Made by a program: the position numbers and the translations under genes. 64,000 bases of DNA from the human T2T-CHM13v2.0 reference genome, Homo sapiens: NCBI RefSeq assembly GCF_009914755.1, contig NC_060928.1, one strand, 5' to 3'. The notes below the pieces were generated by a model. It was not told where the DNA came from, did not search any database, and saw only the letters and a list, made by a program, of their open reading frames with translations. Shown here piece by piece: positions 38,436 to 52,115 of the stretch. How positions within the stretch are numbered: the first letter of the stretch is position 1; each line of letters begins with the position of its first letter.

Positions 38436-38955
38436 TGTTGTAATGGAGTATGGAAGACACACACACACATAAATAACTGTCATGAAAGAAGTTTATACTC
38501 ACAGATTGCTAGAAACTGAAGGCAGGGCATGCCATGCAGGACCACATGGGGAAGCACAAGGGGCCAATCAAGTGTCAGAGGGAGTAAGGAGAAAATGTGG
38601 GCGAGAGTCTTTATTGTGGCTTCCACAGCACAGGCAAAACAGGGTAAGCAGACTTAATATTGGGTAATTTGAATAATTTAATTAGGCTGTGAAGTACAAA
38701 GGCTGCCCCTAGTTGCCTGATGCCTGGGCTTTGCGTGATTGCAGGAGGGGGATAGTGGTTTGAAGTGTAAGAGCTAGATAAAGGAGTTTGTTGGGGTTTT
38801 GGCTTTGGTTTAGGCAGGAAAGATGTACTTGAGGTGACTCCTTTACTGTCTCTACGAATTGGCTAGCTCTGGGAGGGGCAGTATCTCCAGGATCAGCAAG
38901 ACCCGAGATGTCAAAATATCAGAAAATGCAAAACATAAAAACCATAATTAACACA
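38436..38955 (-). mobile_element. MER74-family ERVL LTR
   Basis: Minus-strand TTTGACATCTCGGGTCTTGCTGATCCTGGAGATACTGCCCCTCCCAGAGCTAGCCAATTC. Confidence 0.75.
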
Positions 38956-39529
38956 GATATAAGCTCAGTTGCTCCATACAGAATTCCAGGGTACCACCTT
39001 AGGGCCCAGTCCTTTTTCTTCAAACCTCAGTCATTGCCCCATGAAGGGCCAGCCTATCCAGACACACTGTACCTGCATTTGGTTTATTGTGGTGTGAGGT
39101 GATCTCCAGTTGTGTTCATGGGATCTTTTGGGGTCAAGTAGCTTTCATTTTCAGCCCTTGAAAGCAAACTATGTCTTTTGCTTCCCTCCTGGACAATGAG
39201 AATATTGTAAAACGGCTATCTGGGCAGTTGTTGGGGCAGGATCCTTCATATCTGATGGGCAGATTCTCCTTTTTAAATATTTTAAGTAGAAGCCTTTTTA
39301 TTATATCCTTTTTTGGAAAATAGAGTTTGAATAAGTTCAAGGATTCATGAAAAGTATGTTTACTCACTGTGAGAGGAACATCAATCCGTTACTGTATCAC
39401 CTGGGTGAATCACTTCCCCAGTATCATTTGTGTAATTTCAAGTTTTCTCCAGAAGAAAATAAAATCCAAGTTAATTTTTTGGGTCTCTCTCTCTCTCTCT
39501 CACACACACACATACACACACCTCCTTTT

Positions 39530-40070
39530 CCTTTTTAAAATTTTGAGATAATTGTTGATTCACATGTGGTTATAAGAAATAACATGGAGAGATCCTTTAC
39601 CCAGTTTTCTCCAATGTTAGCAACTTCCAAAACTATAGTATAATAACACAATCAGGATATTGACATTGATACAGTCAAAATACAGAGCATTTTTCTCACC
39701 AGAGGATTCCTTATGTTCCTTTTGTATATAACCACACCCATCTCCACTCTTACCCCAACCCCTCCTTTTTCAACAGTGGAATCACAAATTTCGGTAAGTG
39801 GAATCATACAGCCTGTGTGCTTTGGTATTGGTTTTTTTACTTAGCATAATTCTCTGAAGATTCATCCAGAAGTGTGTATCCATAGTTCTTTGTTGCTGAG
39901 TACTATCCAATGGTATGGATATACCACAGTTTGTTTATCCAGTAAAAGACATTTGGGTTGTTTCTAGTTTGGGGCTGTTGTGAGTAAGCTTATAAATATT
40001 TGTGTACAAGTCTTTGTGTGAACATGCTTTTTCTTAGATAAATGCCCAGGAGTGGAATTTTGGGGCTGCG
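39530..40070 (-). mobile_element. L1MC-type 3' end
   Basis: TTGAGATAATTGTTGATTCACATG..ACAATCAGGATATTGACATTGATACAGTCAA. Confidence 0.75.
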
Positions 40071-40109
40071 TATTAATACTATAAGAACTTAAAAGTTATA
40101 GTAAAATTG

Positions 40110-40400
40110 ATCAACAGGGAGGCCATTGGTGAGCCTTGTAAGAGCTGTTTTGGTGGAGAGTTGGAGACAGAAACCTGATTGGATGAGTTCAGGAAAGATT
40201 AGCAAGAGAGAAATTGGAGACAGTTAATAGAGTAACTCTTTTGAATGGTTTTGTTGTAAGAGAGCTTAGAAATGGGACAGTAGTTGGAGAGGTCTGAGAG
40301 AAATAGTAGCATGTTGATATGCTAATGCAAAGGGTGAGTAAGAGGGAACAAATCATGTTGGAGGTAATGAGGATATAGAGCTATGGGGAAGAATGCTAGT
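40110..40400 (-). mobile_element. L2 fragment
   Basis: GGAGGCCATTGGTGAGCCTTGTAAGAGCTGTTTTGGTGGAG. Confidence 0.55.
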
Positions 40401-41669
40401 TTTTTAATCAATGAGAGAAAGTAGAATGCAGTGCCAAAATAGAGGCTCAGCATTTGGAAATGAACACTTTATAGAAAGGGGAGATGTTGAAAATTTTTTC
40501 TCATAATGTTGGTTTGATAATTTCCTCCACTCTGCTTTCTCTGTTCTTTTTTGAACTATTAGGCAAACATATCTCCTTTGTTGATCTTTTAACTTCTTAT
40601 TTTTTCCTCCTATAGTTCTCTTTAATCTTGTTTTTTGCTGGAGTTTTCTCACTTGGGCAATAAGAATAGTCAGATCACTATTAAAGTATTATAAAGGCCT
40701 TTTCTTATTGTAATGTGTGTGTGTTAGCTTTAGGCAACAAGCTTTAATAAGCAGAAATACTCAGGCATAAAATAAATATTTCCTTTCCTCTTTGTTTTAT
40801 GTATCTGTTGGGAAATCAAGTATATGAATGAATTAATTACCTTAATCTAATAACCCTAACACTGTTTAATATTTTAGGAGAATAAGAGATTATTTTTATT
40901 TCCTTATAGTATTGTAAATATTAAAATAATTGCTTATACCAGAGAGAGAAAATATATTGTTTTCAAATTTAATCTTTTAAATTTATCTTTTGAAATAAAA
41001 TTATCATTTTTTGGCATACATGTCTACGGTAAAAAAAAATTCAAAAGATATAAAAGTGTATAGAGCAAAAAGCAAGATTGCCTCCTAAGCCCATCCCCCA
41101 GCTAGCAAGTTTCTTTCTCTAGAGGCAATTAAGGTTATTATTTTTTATTAATTGTCCTAATTTTTAATTTCAGAATTAGTTAAGCTATTATGTCATAGTT
41201 CCAACTTTTAAAATATAAATCTAGATAAATGGAATGCAAAAAAAGAGGATGCTCTATTAGAAAATGCTTTGTAGAAGTAATAATGATCATTAAGCTAAAA
41301 ATGAACAAGCCCACGGTACTTAATGGCAAATATTAATTTCATGATTGATTATTAGTTGTTAGTCATATTTCCTTGATGTTATTATCTTCTGGGCTATAAA
41401 AAGATATTGCCTGTTAATGTGTTAGAATATATGCTTTTTTATATGTAAAAAGACAATAACTTAAAGCTTGTTACTTTCACAATAAATTATTACAGTGTTC
41501 CTAATAGGAAAAGGTAAGTTCTTTAAAGAAATTTATTCCTTTGATTTTTTATGCAAGTAAAAGAGCTAAAGCAAAATGGATAAACTTCACTAAGCCATTT
41601 TTGTTCATATGGCTCTTTTTTTAAAAGCAATTTTTGGTAGTGTTAAGCGGAAATGTTATTTATGACATT

Positions 41670-42092
41670 TGTTAAAGGTATAATATTTGAAGGGGCCATA
41701 GCTGTAGGAGCTAATGCAAGGGGCTCTTGCAGTGGTTGGTGGGGAGAGAGATTGGACTCAACTCCAACAAGTGAAGATTTGTAACCAAGTAGCAGGGTGG
41801 AGGTCAGTGGATGGGAAATTACTAAAAAGAAATGTCAAGATAAGGGATTTCTGGCTAAACTAATTTGAAAGAATTATTGCTATAGGGAGGCCAGGAGAAT
41901 AGGATATTGAGGGTGGTCAAATACCAAGGGTGGGGGATTTTTGCTAAACTGGAGGATTTTTGCTAAACTGACTTAGTAAGATTCTTCTCAAACTAGATTC
42001 TGCAAAGATAGAAAGGAAAACCCAAGGTTAGGCCCAGTCAAAAAGGACTCAGAAGCCTGACTAATGTTTTGGGTGAAAGACAGTCTTTGTCA
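41670..42092 (-). mobile_element. MER31-family ERV1 LTR
   Basis: Minus-strand start TGACAAAGACTGTCTTTCACCC..TTAGTCAGGCTTCTGAGTCC. Confidence 0.75.
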
Positions 42093-44048
42093 TGGCAAGT
42101 AGCAGAAATTTATGCAAATTTGCTTTTGTTTTCCTTCAATTTGGGGTTCAAATCCAAAAAATTGTTGCCCAGACAAGCGTTGTATGGTTTTCCCATTTTC
42201 TTCTAGTGGTAACAGAGTTTCTGGTCTTACCTTTTTAACTCCCATTGAGGTGATTTTTCATATATGGCATGGATAAGGGTCTGGTTTTATTCCTCTGTAG
42301 GTGGAAATCCAGTTTGCCAACATCACTGATTGAAGATACTGTACCTTTCTATTCCATATTCTTGGTACCTTTGTTAAAAATCAGTTGACTATACATGTGT
42401 GGGTTCATTTCTGGGCTCTCTATTCTGTTTCCCTGATAGCTATGTCTATTTTTGTGCCAATACCATGCTGTTTTAGTTATCACAGCTTTTAAAATCAGAT
42501 AGTCTGTTAACTCCAGCTTTGTTCTTTTTTCTTACAAGTATCTCAGTTGTTTGGGTGTTTTAGTGTGATTTTATATCAATTAAGATTTTTTTTTCCATTT
42601 CTATGAAAGTGGACATTACAATTTTGATAGAGATTGCATTGAATCTCTAGATCATTTTGGGTAGTACAAACATTTTAGCAATATTAATTCTTCCAATCCA
42701 TGAACATGGGCTATTGTTCCATTTATTTGTGAATTCTTCCATTTCTTTCATCAATGTTTTATAGTTTTCAGTGTACAGGTCTTTCATCTTCTTGGTTACA
42801 TTTACACGAGTATTTTATTATTTTTCACAACTATTGTGAATGACATTGTTTTCTTGATTTCTTTGTCAGATAGTTCATTGAGAGTGTATAGAGGTACCAT
42901 AATTTTTGTATGTTGATTTTGTATCCTGCAGCTTTACTGTCTTCATTTATATGTTCTAACAGTTTTCTGGTGGAGTCTCACAGTTTTTATAAAATCATGT
43001 AGTCAGAAAACAGTAAAAATGTCAGTCCTTCTTTTCCTATTTGGATGTTTTTTATTTCTTTTTGTTACCTAATTGCTCTTAGAAGGATTTCCAATACTAT
43101 GTTGAGTAGAAGTGGCCAGAATGGGCATCCTTGTTTTTTTCCAAATCTTAGGGGACAGGCTTTTAATTTTTTATTCTTGAGTATAATTTTAGCTGTGGGC
43201 TGCTCATAAATGGCCTTTATTGTGTTGAGGTACATTTATTCTATGCCTAATTTGGTGAGAGCTTTTATCATGAAAAACTGTTGAATTTTGTTAAATAATT
43301 TTTCTGCAGTTGATAAAATGGACACGTTTTTGTATTTCACTCTGTTAATGTGAGGTATCACAATTTTTGATTTGTATATGTTGAAGCATCCTTTCATCCA
43401 AGATATAAATCCTACTTGATCATGGTGGATGATCCTTTTAATATGTTGTTAAATTCAGTTTGGTAGTGTTTTGTTGAGAATTTTTGCATCTATGTTCATC
43501 AAGGGTATTGACCTACTAATTTATTTTCTTGTAATGTCCTTGTCTGGTTTCGATATCAGGGTAATGTTAGCCTCATAAAAAGTTTGGAAATATTTCCTCC
43601 TCTGCAATTTTTGGAAAGATCTTGGGAAGGACTGGTATTAATTCTTCTTTAAATGTTTGGTAAGATTCACTTAAGAAGCCTTCAGGTCCTAGGCTTTTCT
43701 GTGTTGAGAGACTTTTTATAACTGATTCAATCTCCTTACTCATTATTGTTATGTTCAAATTTTCTATTTCTTAATGATTCATCTTTGGTAGTTTGTATTT
43801 GTCTAGGAATTCATTTCTTCTTCGTTATCTAATACATTGGAATATAATTGTTCATAGTAGTTTCTTATGATCCTTTGTATTTCTGAGGTATCAGTTGTAA
43901 TGACTAACCTTTCATTTCTAATTTTATTTATTTGAGTCTCCTCTCTTCTTCCTTTAGTAGTCTACCTTAAGTATTGTCAATTTTGTTTATCTTTAAAAAA
44001 AAACCTCTTACTTTCATTAATCCTTTGTCCTTTGTTTTTCTAGTCTCA

Positions 44049-44362
44049 TTTATTTATTAATTTATTTATTTATTTATTTTTTGAGATGGAGTCCCATTCT
44101 GTCACCTAGGCTGGAGTGCAGTTGTGCCATCTCCACTCACTGCAACTTCCGTCTCTGGGTTCAGGGAATTCTCCTGCCTCAGCCTCCAGAGTAGCTGGAT
44201 TACAGGTATGTGTTGCTGTGCCTGGCTAATTTTTGTATTTTTAGTAGAGATGGGGTTTCACCATGTTGGCCAAGCTAGTCTCAAACTTCTGACTTCAGGT
44301 GATCCATTCACCTTGGCCTCTCAAAGTTCTATGATTACAGGCATGAGCCACTATGCCCAGCC
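44049..44362 (-). mobile_element. Alu (AluS-type), full length
   Basis: Dimer with (TTTA)n tail. Confidence 0.93.
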
Positions 44363-44852
44363 TCTAGTTTCTATTTCATTTATATATGCTGTAATCATTA
44401 TTATTTCCTTCCTTTTGCTAACTTTGGACTTAGTTTGTTATTGTTTTTCTAGTTCATTGAGCTGTAACATTGGGCTGTTAATGTGAGATATTTCTTTTTT
44501 GTTGTAGAAATTTATTGCTATAAATGTTCCTCTTATAACTGCGTTTGCTGTATCCCATATATTTTGGTATTTTTTTTCATTCTTGTTTGTCTCAAGGTAT
44601 TTTTAAATTTCCGTTTAAATTTCTTCATTTACCCGTTGAATGTTCAAGAGTATGTTGTTTAATGTACATGTATTTGTGAATTTCTGAAGGCCCTCCTGTT
44701 GTTCTACCATTGTGGTCAGTAAGGATGCTTGATACAATTTCTTCTTTAATTTTTTGAGGCTTGTTTTGTGCCCTAATATGTGATCTATCATGGACTATGT
44801 TCCATGTACAAGTGAGAAGAGTATTTATTCTGTTGTTGGATGAATGTTTTCT

Positions 44853-44987
44853 TTCTTTTTTTTTTTTATTATACTTTAAGTTTTAGGGTACACGTGCACA
44901 ACGTGGGGGGAGGGGGGAGGGATAGCATTAGGAGATATACCTAATATAAATCACAAGTTAATGGGTGCAGCACACCAACATGGCACA
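44853..44987 (-). mobile_element. Very short 5'-inverted (twin-primed) L1PA insertion
   Basis: Poly(T) plus antisense L1PA terminus, then a sense 3' UTR piece; 16-bp TSD TGGATGAATGTTTTCT (44837-44852 and 44988-45003). Confidence 0.9.
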
Positions 44988-45007
44988 TGGATGAATGTTT
45001 TCTAAAT

Positions 45008-45304
45008 TTTTCTTTCTTTTTTTGAGACGGGATCTCATGCTGTCTCCCAGGCTGAAATGCAGTCATGCGATCTTGGCTCACTGAAACCTCTGCCTCCCAG
45101 GCGCAAGCCGTCCTTTCACCTCAGACTCCTGAGTAGCTGACACTACAGGCATGCACCACCACACCTGGCTAATTTTTGTATTTTTTTAGAGACAGGGTTT
45201 TGTCATGTTGCCCAGGCTGGTCTCAAACTCATGAGCCTCAACGATCTGCCTGCCTTGGCCTCCCAAAGTGCTGGTATTACAGATGTGAGCACTACACCAG
45301 GCCC
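45008..45304 (-). mobile_element. AluJ, full length
   Basis: AluJ-like diagnostics (ATGTTGCCCAGGCTGG); TSD-like TCTAAAT. Confidence 0.9.
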
Positions 45305-45614
45305 TCTAAATGTTTGTTAGGTCCGTTTGTTCTAAAGTGTTGTTCAAGTTCTATGTTCCCTTATTAATTTTCTCTCTGGATGATCTGACAATTGTTGAAA
45401 ATGGGTGTTGATGCCCTCTACTATTATTGTATGCAGTCCATCTCTCCCTTCACATGATTTAATATTTGTTTTATGTACATAGATGCTCTGATGTTGGGAT
45501 ATAATAATGTCATATTTCCTTTTATCTACCCATTGAATATTCAATGGGTCTATAAAGATGCTAAAATCACAATACAAGTGCTCACCAAGACACTCCTTAA
45601 GAGTTTTAGACATT

Positions 45615-45758
45615 ATTGATAGTGATGAAGGCATTCATTTTGCTTCTCCAAATATATAACGCTGGATTCTTTAATCAGTCATTCAACAAAACTTTCACCA
45701 CTCTTACTGGCCTCACACTATAGGTATTATAGAGTGTCACAATGGTTTACTTAAATAA
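45615..45758 (+). pseudogene. ERVL-type integrase core fragment
   Basis: Manual translation IDSDEGIHF..W...YWPHTIGIIECHNGLLK with exact D(35)E spacing and two in-frame TAA stops. Confidence 0.75.
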
Positions 45759-45818
45759 GTTGAATTGATTTAAATCAAACGACACATTTTAGTAATCAGT
45801 TAGACATCAAGGGTGAAT

Positions 45819-46195
45819 TGTAATAAACAGTCAAACTTCACTTTTGATGTTTGTCTGCTAACAGTTTTCAAGCCTCACCATTCTCTCTTCTCCTTTTGTT
45901 CCACGTTTGAACAATCTGATAAGAAAGCCCAGGTGCTCCTTCCTTTTATGTTGGCAGGAAGTTCAAATCCAGCAAATCACATTTGCAATAACCCATACCC
46001 CATCCCCATCTTTTAACCATAACACTTCAAATTAGTCTTCTCTCCCTGACCTCTAATGTCATTTTTGGGCAGGCTTGGGAACCTGTCTCATCCTCCCCAG
46101 AAAGTCTCATTATGTGAGTAATAAAATGTTCATACCCTTTTGGGGTATGTGTGATGTATGTGAGTGTGGATCCATTCATCCTCTTCTCAGTGAGA
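45819..46195 (+). mobile_element. ERVL LTR (LTR47-like), 3' LTR of the truncated element
   Basis: ERVL-like PPT AAGGGTGAAT followed by TGTAATAAAC; AATAAA near 46120. Confidence 0.55.
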
Positions 46196-47352
46196 ACAAT
46201 ATATACATATTTAAGTAATCAAATATATTTTTGCCTAGGGTATGAGACCATTTCTGAGTTTTCTTGGTTAATTTTAAAAGAAATTAGATATGTTGTCAGA
46301 AAGTGCATAATAAAAGCATATTTTTGTTTATACAGGAGTATTCTGGCTGATTCTTGAATATATCTTTCTTAAAAATGTCAGATTTTGGTTCAAAATATAT
46401 CATTTATTTGCTTCATCTTTATATGGATACAGCGTGTTCTCACTCAAATAAGCCAATCACAGGCATTATTGAAAATGCTGAAATCATCCATAGCCAATGA
46501 GATATAATGGGCTAAGTTAAACTTAACATGAAGAAAGTTTTCTTTCCAAATTAGTATATTTAAAATCAATCATGTCCTTGTAAATATGATGTGGAAAGGT
46601 TTTTTTATATAATGAAAATTATAAAGTGATTAAGACTAAATATGATGTTTGTTTAGGTGATTTCCCCTGAATATATTCTTAATGAAAAATCATTAAGTTC
46701 TAAATTTCAAGTATCCAACAGTTTCTGAAGACCAGTGAAAATGAAAGACGTAGAGAATGAACTTCCTGGCTGTTATTAAAATGTAGAATTTGTCTTTTGC
46801 CAAATCAAAATAAATACAAAGTGAAAACGACTGCTTTATTTCTGGGTTTGCTTAAAAATTATTGCATACTGTGGGAAGGCATCATTTAGCCTTCATTTTT
46901 AGGTCCTAGCAGAAACCAAATTAACATTGTCATGAGAGAAAATCTAAAAGAATATTCTGAACCATTTCTGGTTAGGGGTGCTTTGCTTACTTGCTTCAGT
47001 GTAAGATTTCAGCAAAGTTATTCATAGGCTATGTAAGCCATGGACACACACAAAAATGTATCCATGTTTCAAAATAGCAAAACCTGTCCTTTTCTTTCAT
47101 ACATAAGCTATTGGAAAAAATGGAATTTATTGCTTTATGCGCTTTTAAAGAATAAAAACCGAAAAACAACAGAAATCTTTTCTCCTATCCATAAAATAAT
47201 TTTTTTATATTTAAATGAGGTTTTCCTATAGTTTTTAAAAGTCTTCATCTTGATTTTTCTGGTTGTTCAGTGAGACTTATCTGTTGAACTTCAGATTATT
47301 TCTCTGAGCTGCTCCATCTCCCATTTTTGTGGCTCTACTCCTTTAAAATCTA

Positions 47353-47657
47353 CAACTGACCCTTGAATAATATGGGTGTGAACTGTGCAGGTCTACTTCT
47401 AAGCAGACATTTTCCAATAAATACAATTGGCCCTCAGTGTCCACACTGACCACCCCACCCCCACTCCCTTCTGTCTCTTCAGTCAAAGATGGATAGAAAA
47501 TACAGTATTCTTGGGATGAGAAGCCTGTGTATATGAATGGCCAACTTTTGCATATTCACAGGCTCTGCAGGGCCTACTGCAGGACTTGAGTATGTGCAGA
47601 TTTTGGTATATGTGGGGTATCCCGGAACCAATCCCCATGGCTACCACGGGACAACTG
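47353..47657. mobile_element. Tigger2-derived MITE (MER8/MER2B-like)
   Basis: TA|CAACTGACCCTTGAATAA ... GGAACCAATCCCC..GGGACAACTG|TA. Confidence 0.75.
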
Positions 47658-48219
47658 TAACTGTAGCAATTTACATGAATCATCTTTCTTAGATATACGT
47701 ACTTGTATGTTTTCTAAAGAGTTCTAGGAGCTTCCATATGCTATTGATTAGCTCATGGCTGATAAATTATATTAAATCCCTAGAATAGGTGGACAAGTCA
47801 TTTTCTATTCAGCATTTACTATAAATATAATGGAATAATTTTTTTCTCCAAAACACTCTCCTTCTAGCTTGAGGCTTGTACAACTTTTGGTAGAATATTT
47901 TCATATCTCTTTTTTTGAACTAAATTGAATTCCTCTGATGATCTCATTATAAGATGCTAATATTTTGCAAACTTGAAGCAAGATTAAATGAAAAAGAATG
48001 TCATAGTATTCTAGGTATTATTGACTTGTATTCTCCTGAACAATGATAACTACCACAGAAGCTTCCATTAACTACTGACAATTATTTTTTACTTCAAATC
48101 AGGTTATTTCGAGATATGAATTTTTGAGTTTTTAGAAAACATTTAAATTCAAATAATGTGGCATAGATACTTGGAATAACCAAAAACATAAATGTGAAAT
48201 GAAAATGATTTGCTTAATC

Positions 48220-48611
48220 TTTTGGTGTTTATTTTTTGCAGTGAGAACACTTACGATTGACTTGCTTAGCAATTTTCAAGTATATAATGCAGTATTATTA
48301 ATTATAGTTTCCATGCTATACATTAGATCTCCAGAACTTATTCATTCCACATAACTGAAATTGTACCCTTGGATCAACATCTTCCCATTTTCTCCACACC
48401 CCATCCCAACCCCTGGCAACTGCTATTCTACTCTGCTTTTATAAGTTTGTTTTTTTAAGACTCCATATATAAGTGAGAGCATGCAGTATTTGTCTTTCTG
48501 TCCCTGGCTTATTTTACTTGGCATAATTTCCTCTAGATTTATCCATGTTGTCACAAATGGCAGGAATCCTTTTCTCTTTTTTGAAGCTGAACAATGGTAC
48601 AGTATGCATGT

Positions 48612-48643
<32 letters not shown>

Positions 48644-51600
48644 ATTTCACATTTTAGTTATCCATTCACTTGTTGATTATTCGTTCTCTTTGCTATTGAG
48701 TTGTTTGAGTTTCTTATATATTTGGTAAATTAATATCAGATGTATAGTTTGCAAATATATTCTACCATTTTGTAAGTTTTCTCTTCACTCTATTAGTTGA
48801 TTCTTTTGGTGTAGACGTTTTTTAATTTGATGCGATCCGCTTGTCTATTTGCCTTTGTTGTCTGTGCTTTTGGGATCACATCCAAAAAAATCATTGCTCA
48901 TGCCAGTGTCACAAAGCTTTTCCACAATTATTTATTCTAGTATTTTACGTTTTCAGGTCTTACCTTCAAGTCTTTAATCCATTTTGAGTTGACTATTATA
49001 TATGGTATGAGATAAGGGTCTAATTTCATTTTTCTCCATGTGTATATTCAGTTATCCAAACAACATTTGTTAAAAAGACTATTCTTTATTATGTGTTTCT
49101 TACCACCCCATAGGCTACACCGTGACCTTAGCAACCTTATGTGTTCTTAGCAACTTGTTGAGGATCAATTGACCATAAACATGTGTATTTATTTCTGAGA
49201 TCAATCTTTTCCACTGATTTATGTATCTGTTTTTATGCCATTACTGTACTCTTTTGACAGCTATAACTTTGAAATATATTTTGAAATCAGGAAGCATGAT
49301 ACCTCCAGAATTATTACTGCTTAAGATAAGTTTGGCTATTTGGGGTCTTTTGTGGTTCCATGTGAATTTTATGATTATTTTTCTATTTATCTGAAAAGTG
49401 ACGCTGGAATTTTAATAGAGATTGCATTGAATCTGTATGTAGATCACTCTGAGTGTATGAACATTTTAACAATATTAATTCTTCCAAATCATTAGCATGA
49501 AATATCTTTCCATTTATTTGTATCTTCTTCAATTTCTTTCATCAATGCTTTATAGTTTTCAGTGTAGAGATTTTTCACCTCCTTGGTTAAACTTACTTCT
49601 ATGTATTTATTATTTTTTGATGCTATTGTAAATGGCATTGTTGAGTTCCTTTTTGGATAGTTTGTTGTTGTCTAGAAATACTACTTATTTTCGTATGTTG
49701 ATATTATATTCTTCAACTTTACTGAATTCATTTATTAATTCTAACTGTTTTTTGGTGGTGCTCTTAGGTTTTTCTATAAATAAGGCCATTTCATTTGCCA
49801 ACAGAAAAAACTTTACAACTTTCTCTCTGATTTGGATGGCTTTTATTTCTTTTTCTTGCCAAATTTCTCTGACAAGGACTTCCAGTATTATGTTGAATAG
49901 AAGTGGCAAGGGTTTGTATCTGTCTTAGTCTGTTTGTGCTGCTCTAACAAAGTACCTGAGTGAAACTAGGCAGTTATAAATAATATGAATTTATTTCTGA
50001 CTCTTCTGGAGGATGGGAAGTCCAAAATCAAAGCACTGGTAGTTTTGGTATCTGGTGAAGACCCAGTCTCCTTTCAAGGTGGTGCCTTTTTGCTAAGTCC
50101 CCCAGAGATGATAAATGCTGTGTCTTCACATAGACGAAGGGATGGAAAAGGCATAATTAGTTTCCTCCAGCCCTTTTCTAAGGCACTAATCCACTCATGT
50201 GGGTGGAGCCCTCCTGACTTAATCACTTCCTCAAAGGCCACACTTCCTAATACCACCACAGTGGGGATTAAATTTCATCACATAAATTTGGGGGAACATT
50301 CAGACATAGAAGCATGACTTCTTCTTGATATTAGAGGGAAAGCTTTTCATCGAGTATAATGTTAGCTGGGGGCTTGTCATATATGCTTTACAGTGTTGAG
50401 TTATATTCCTTCTATACTTAATTTGTTGAGAGTTTTTTTAATCACTAAAGGATACTGAATTTTGTCAAATTACTTTTCTGCATTTATTTAATCATATAAT
50501 TTTTGTCCTTAATTCTGTTAATGGGTGTACAACATTATTGACTTATATATGTAGTGAACTATCCTTGCATCCCGGGGATAAATCCCACTAGATTATGGTG
50601 TATGATCCTTTGAGTGTGATGGTAAATTTGGTTGGCTAGTATTTCCTTGAGATTTTTTTCATCTATGCTAATCAGAGGTGTTGGCTTGAAATTTTCTTGC
50701 TTGTAGTATCCTTGTCTGGCTTTGGTATTAAGGAAATGCTGGCCTCATAAAATGAGTTTGGAAGTGTTTCCTCTTCTTCATTTTTTGGGAAGAGTTTGAG
50801 ACACATTAATTCTCCTTTATAATTTTAGTAGAATTAAGCAGTAAATCCATGTGATTCTGTGCTGTCCTTTGATGGAAGACTTGTAACTACTGATTCAACC
50901 TTCTCAATTATTATTGATCTTATTTATTATTATATAATAAGTAGGATTTTATTATCCAATTTGTTGACACATAATTATTCAGCGCAGTCTCTTGTAATCC
51001 TTTGGATTTCTTTTGAATCCGTTGTAATGTCTCCTCTTTCATTACTGATTTTGTATGTTTCCTTTTTTTTTTAGTCTAGCCTAAAATTTGTCTATTTTGT
51101 TTAATTAAAAAAAAACCTCTTAGTTTCATTGATCTTTTCTCTTATTTTTCTGGCCTCTAACTTATTTATTCTCTGATTCTGTTATTTCCTTCCTTTTACT
51201 AATGTTGGGCTTGGTTTGCTTTTCTTTTTCTAGTTATTTGAGGTGTAATGTTAGGTTGTTTATTTGGGGTTTTTTTCCCTTTCATGTGGACATTTATTCA
51301 TATGAACTTCCCTCTTAGAACTACTTTGGCTGCATCTCATAAGTTTTGATAGTTGTGTTTTCATTTTCATTTGTCTCAATATGTCTTTAATTTCCCTTTT
51401 TATTTCTTCTTTGTCTCTTTGGTTGCTCAAGAGTGTGTTGCTTAGTTTCCACATGTGAATTTTCTAGTTATCCTCTTGTTATTAGTTTCTAGTTTTATAC
51501 CATTGTGGTCAGAAAAAATACTTGATACAATTTCAGTCTTCTTAAATTGCGGAAAACCTGTGGCATAACTTATTATCTGAACTGGAGTATTTTCTCTGTG

Positions 51601-52115
51601 CACTTGAGTTAAATGTGTATTTTGCTGCTGTTGGATAGAATGTTTTATATATGTCTGTTTCATTGGTTCATTTGGTCTATAGTGTTATTGGGGTCTGTTA
51701 CATTCTTATTGATCTTCTGTCTGGATGATCTATCCGTTGTTGAATGTGGGGTATTCAAGTCCCTACTATGACTGTATTGTTGTCTATTTCTTCATATATG
51801 TTAAAATTGGCTGTATATATTTTGATGCTCTAACACTGGGTGCAGATATATTTTTAATTGCTGTATTCTCCTGATTAATTGACACTTTTACCATCATGTA
51901 GTTACCTTTATCTCTTGTGACAGTATTTGACGTATATTCTTTTTTCTGATATGTGTAGCCACTTTTAATCTCTTTTGATTATTATTTGCATGAAATATCT
52001 TTTTCTCTCCCTTTACTTTCTGCCTATGTGTGTCTTTAAATTAAAATGAGTATCTTATAGGCAGCATATGGCTGGATTTTTTTAAATCCATTTAGCCACT
52101 CTATGTCTTTTGATT
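48220..52115 (-). mobile_element. L1MA-type element (3' UTR plus ORF2 remnants), interrupted by MST
   Basis: ORF 49685-49909 resembles L1 RT (PLLFNIILEVL..LANEMALFIEKP); ORF 51442-51663 contains the endonuclease motif FSDHNGIKLE; (TG)n at about 48610-48643. Confidence 0.88.
49921..50314 (-). mobile_element. MST-family (ERVL-MaLR) solo LTR
   Basis: TGTCTTAGTCTGTTTGTGCTGCT...GGAAGTCCAAAATCAA...AACATTCAGACATAGAAGCA. Confidence 0.85.

Larger units (their letters stand above)
42115..45520 (-). mobile_element. Old L1 ORF2 region, interrupted by two Alus and a mini-L1PA
   Basis: ORF 43573-43758 (KEIESVIKSL..KSLGPEGF..YQTFKEELIP) and endonuclease-like IIVEGINT near 45420. Confidence 0.88.

Noticed and set aside
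41496-41519. Possible 18-nt microexon ending in a perfect AAG|GTAAGT donor
   Set aside because: The upstream acceptor lacks a pyrimidine tract, and one consensus donor is unremarkable in 64 kb
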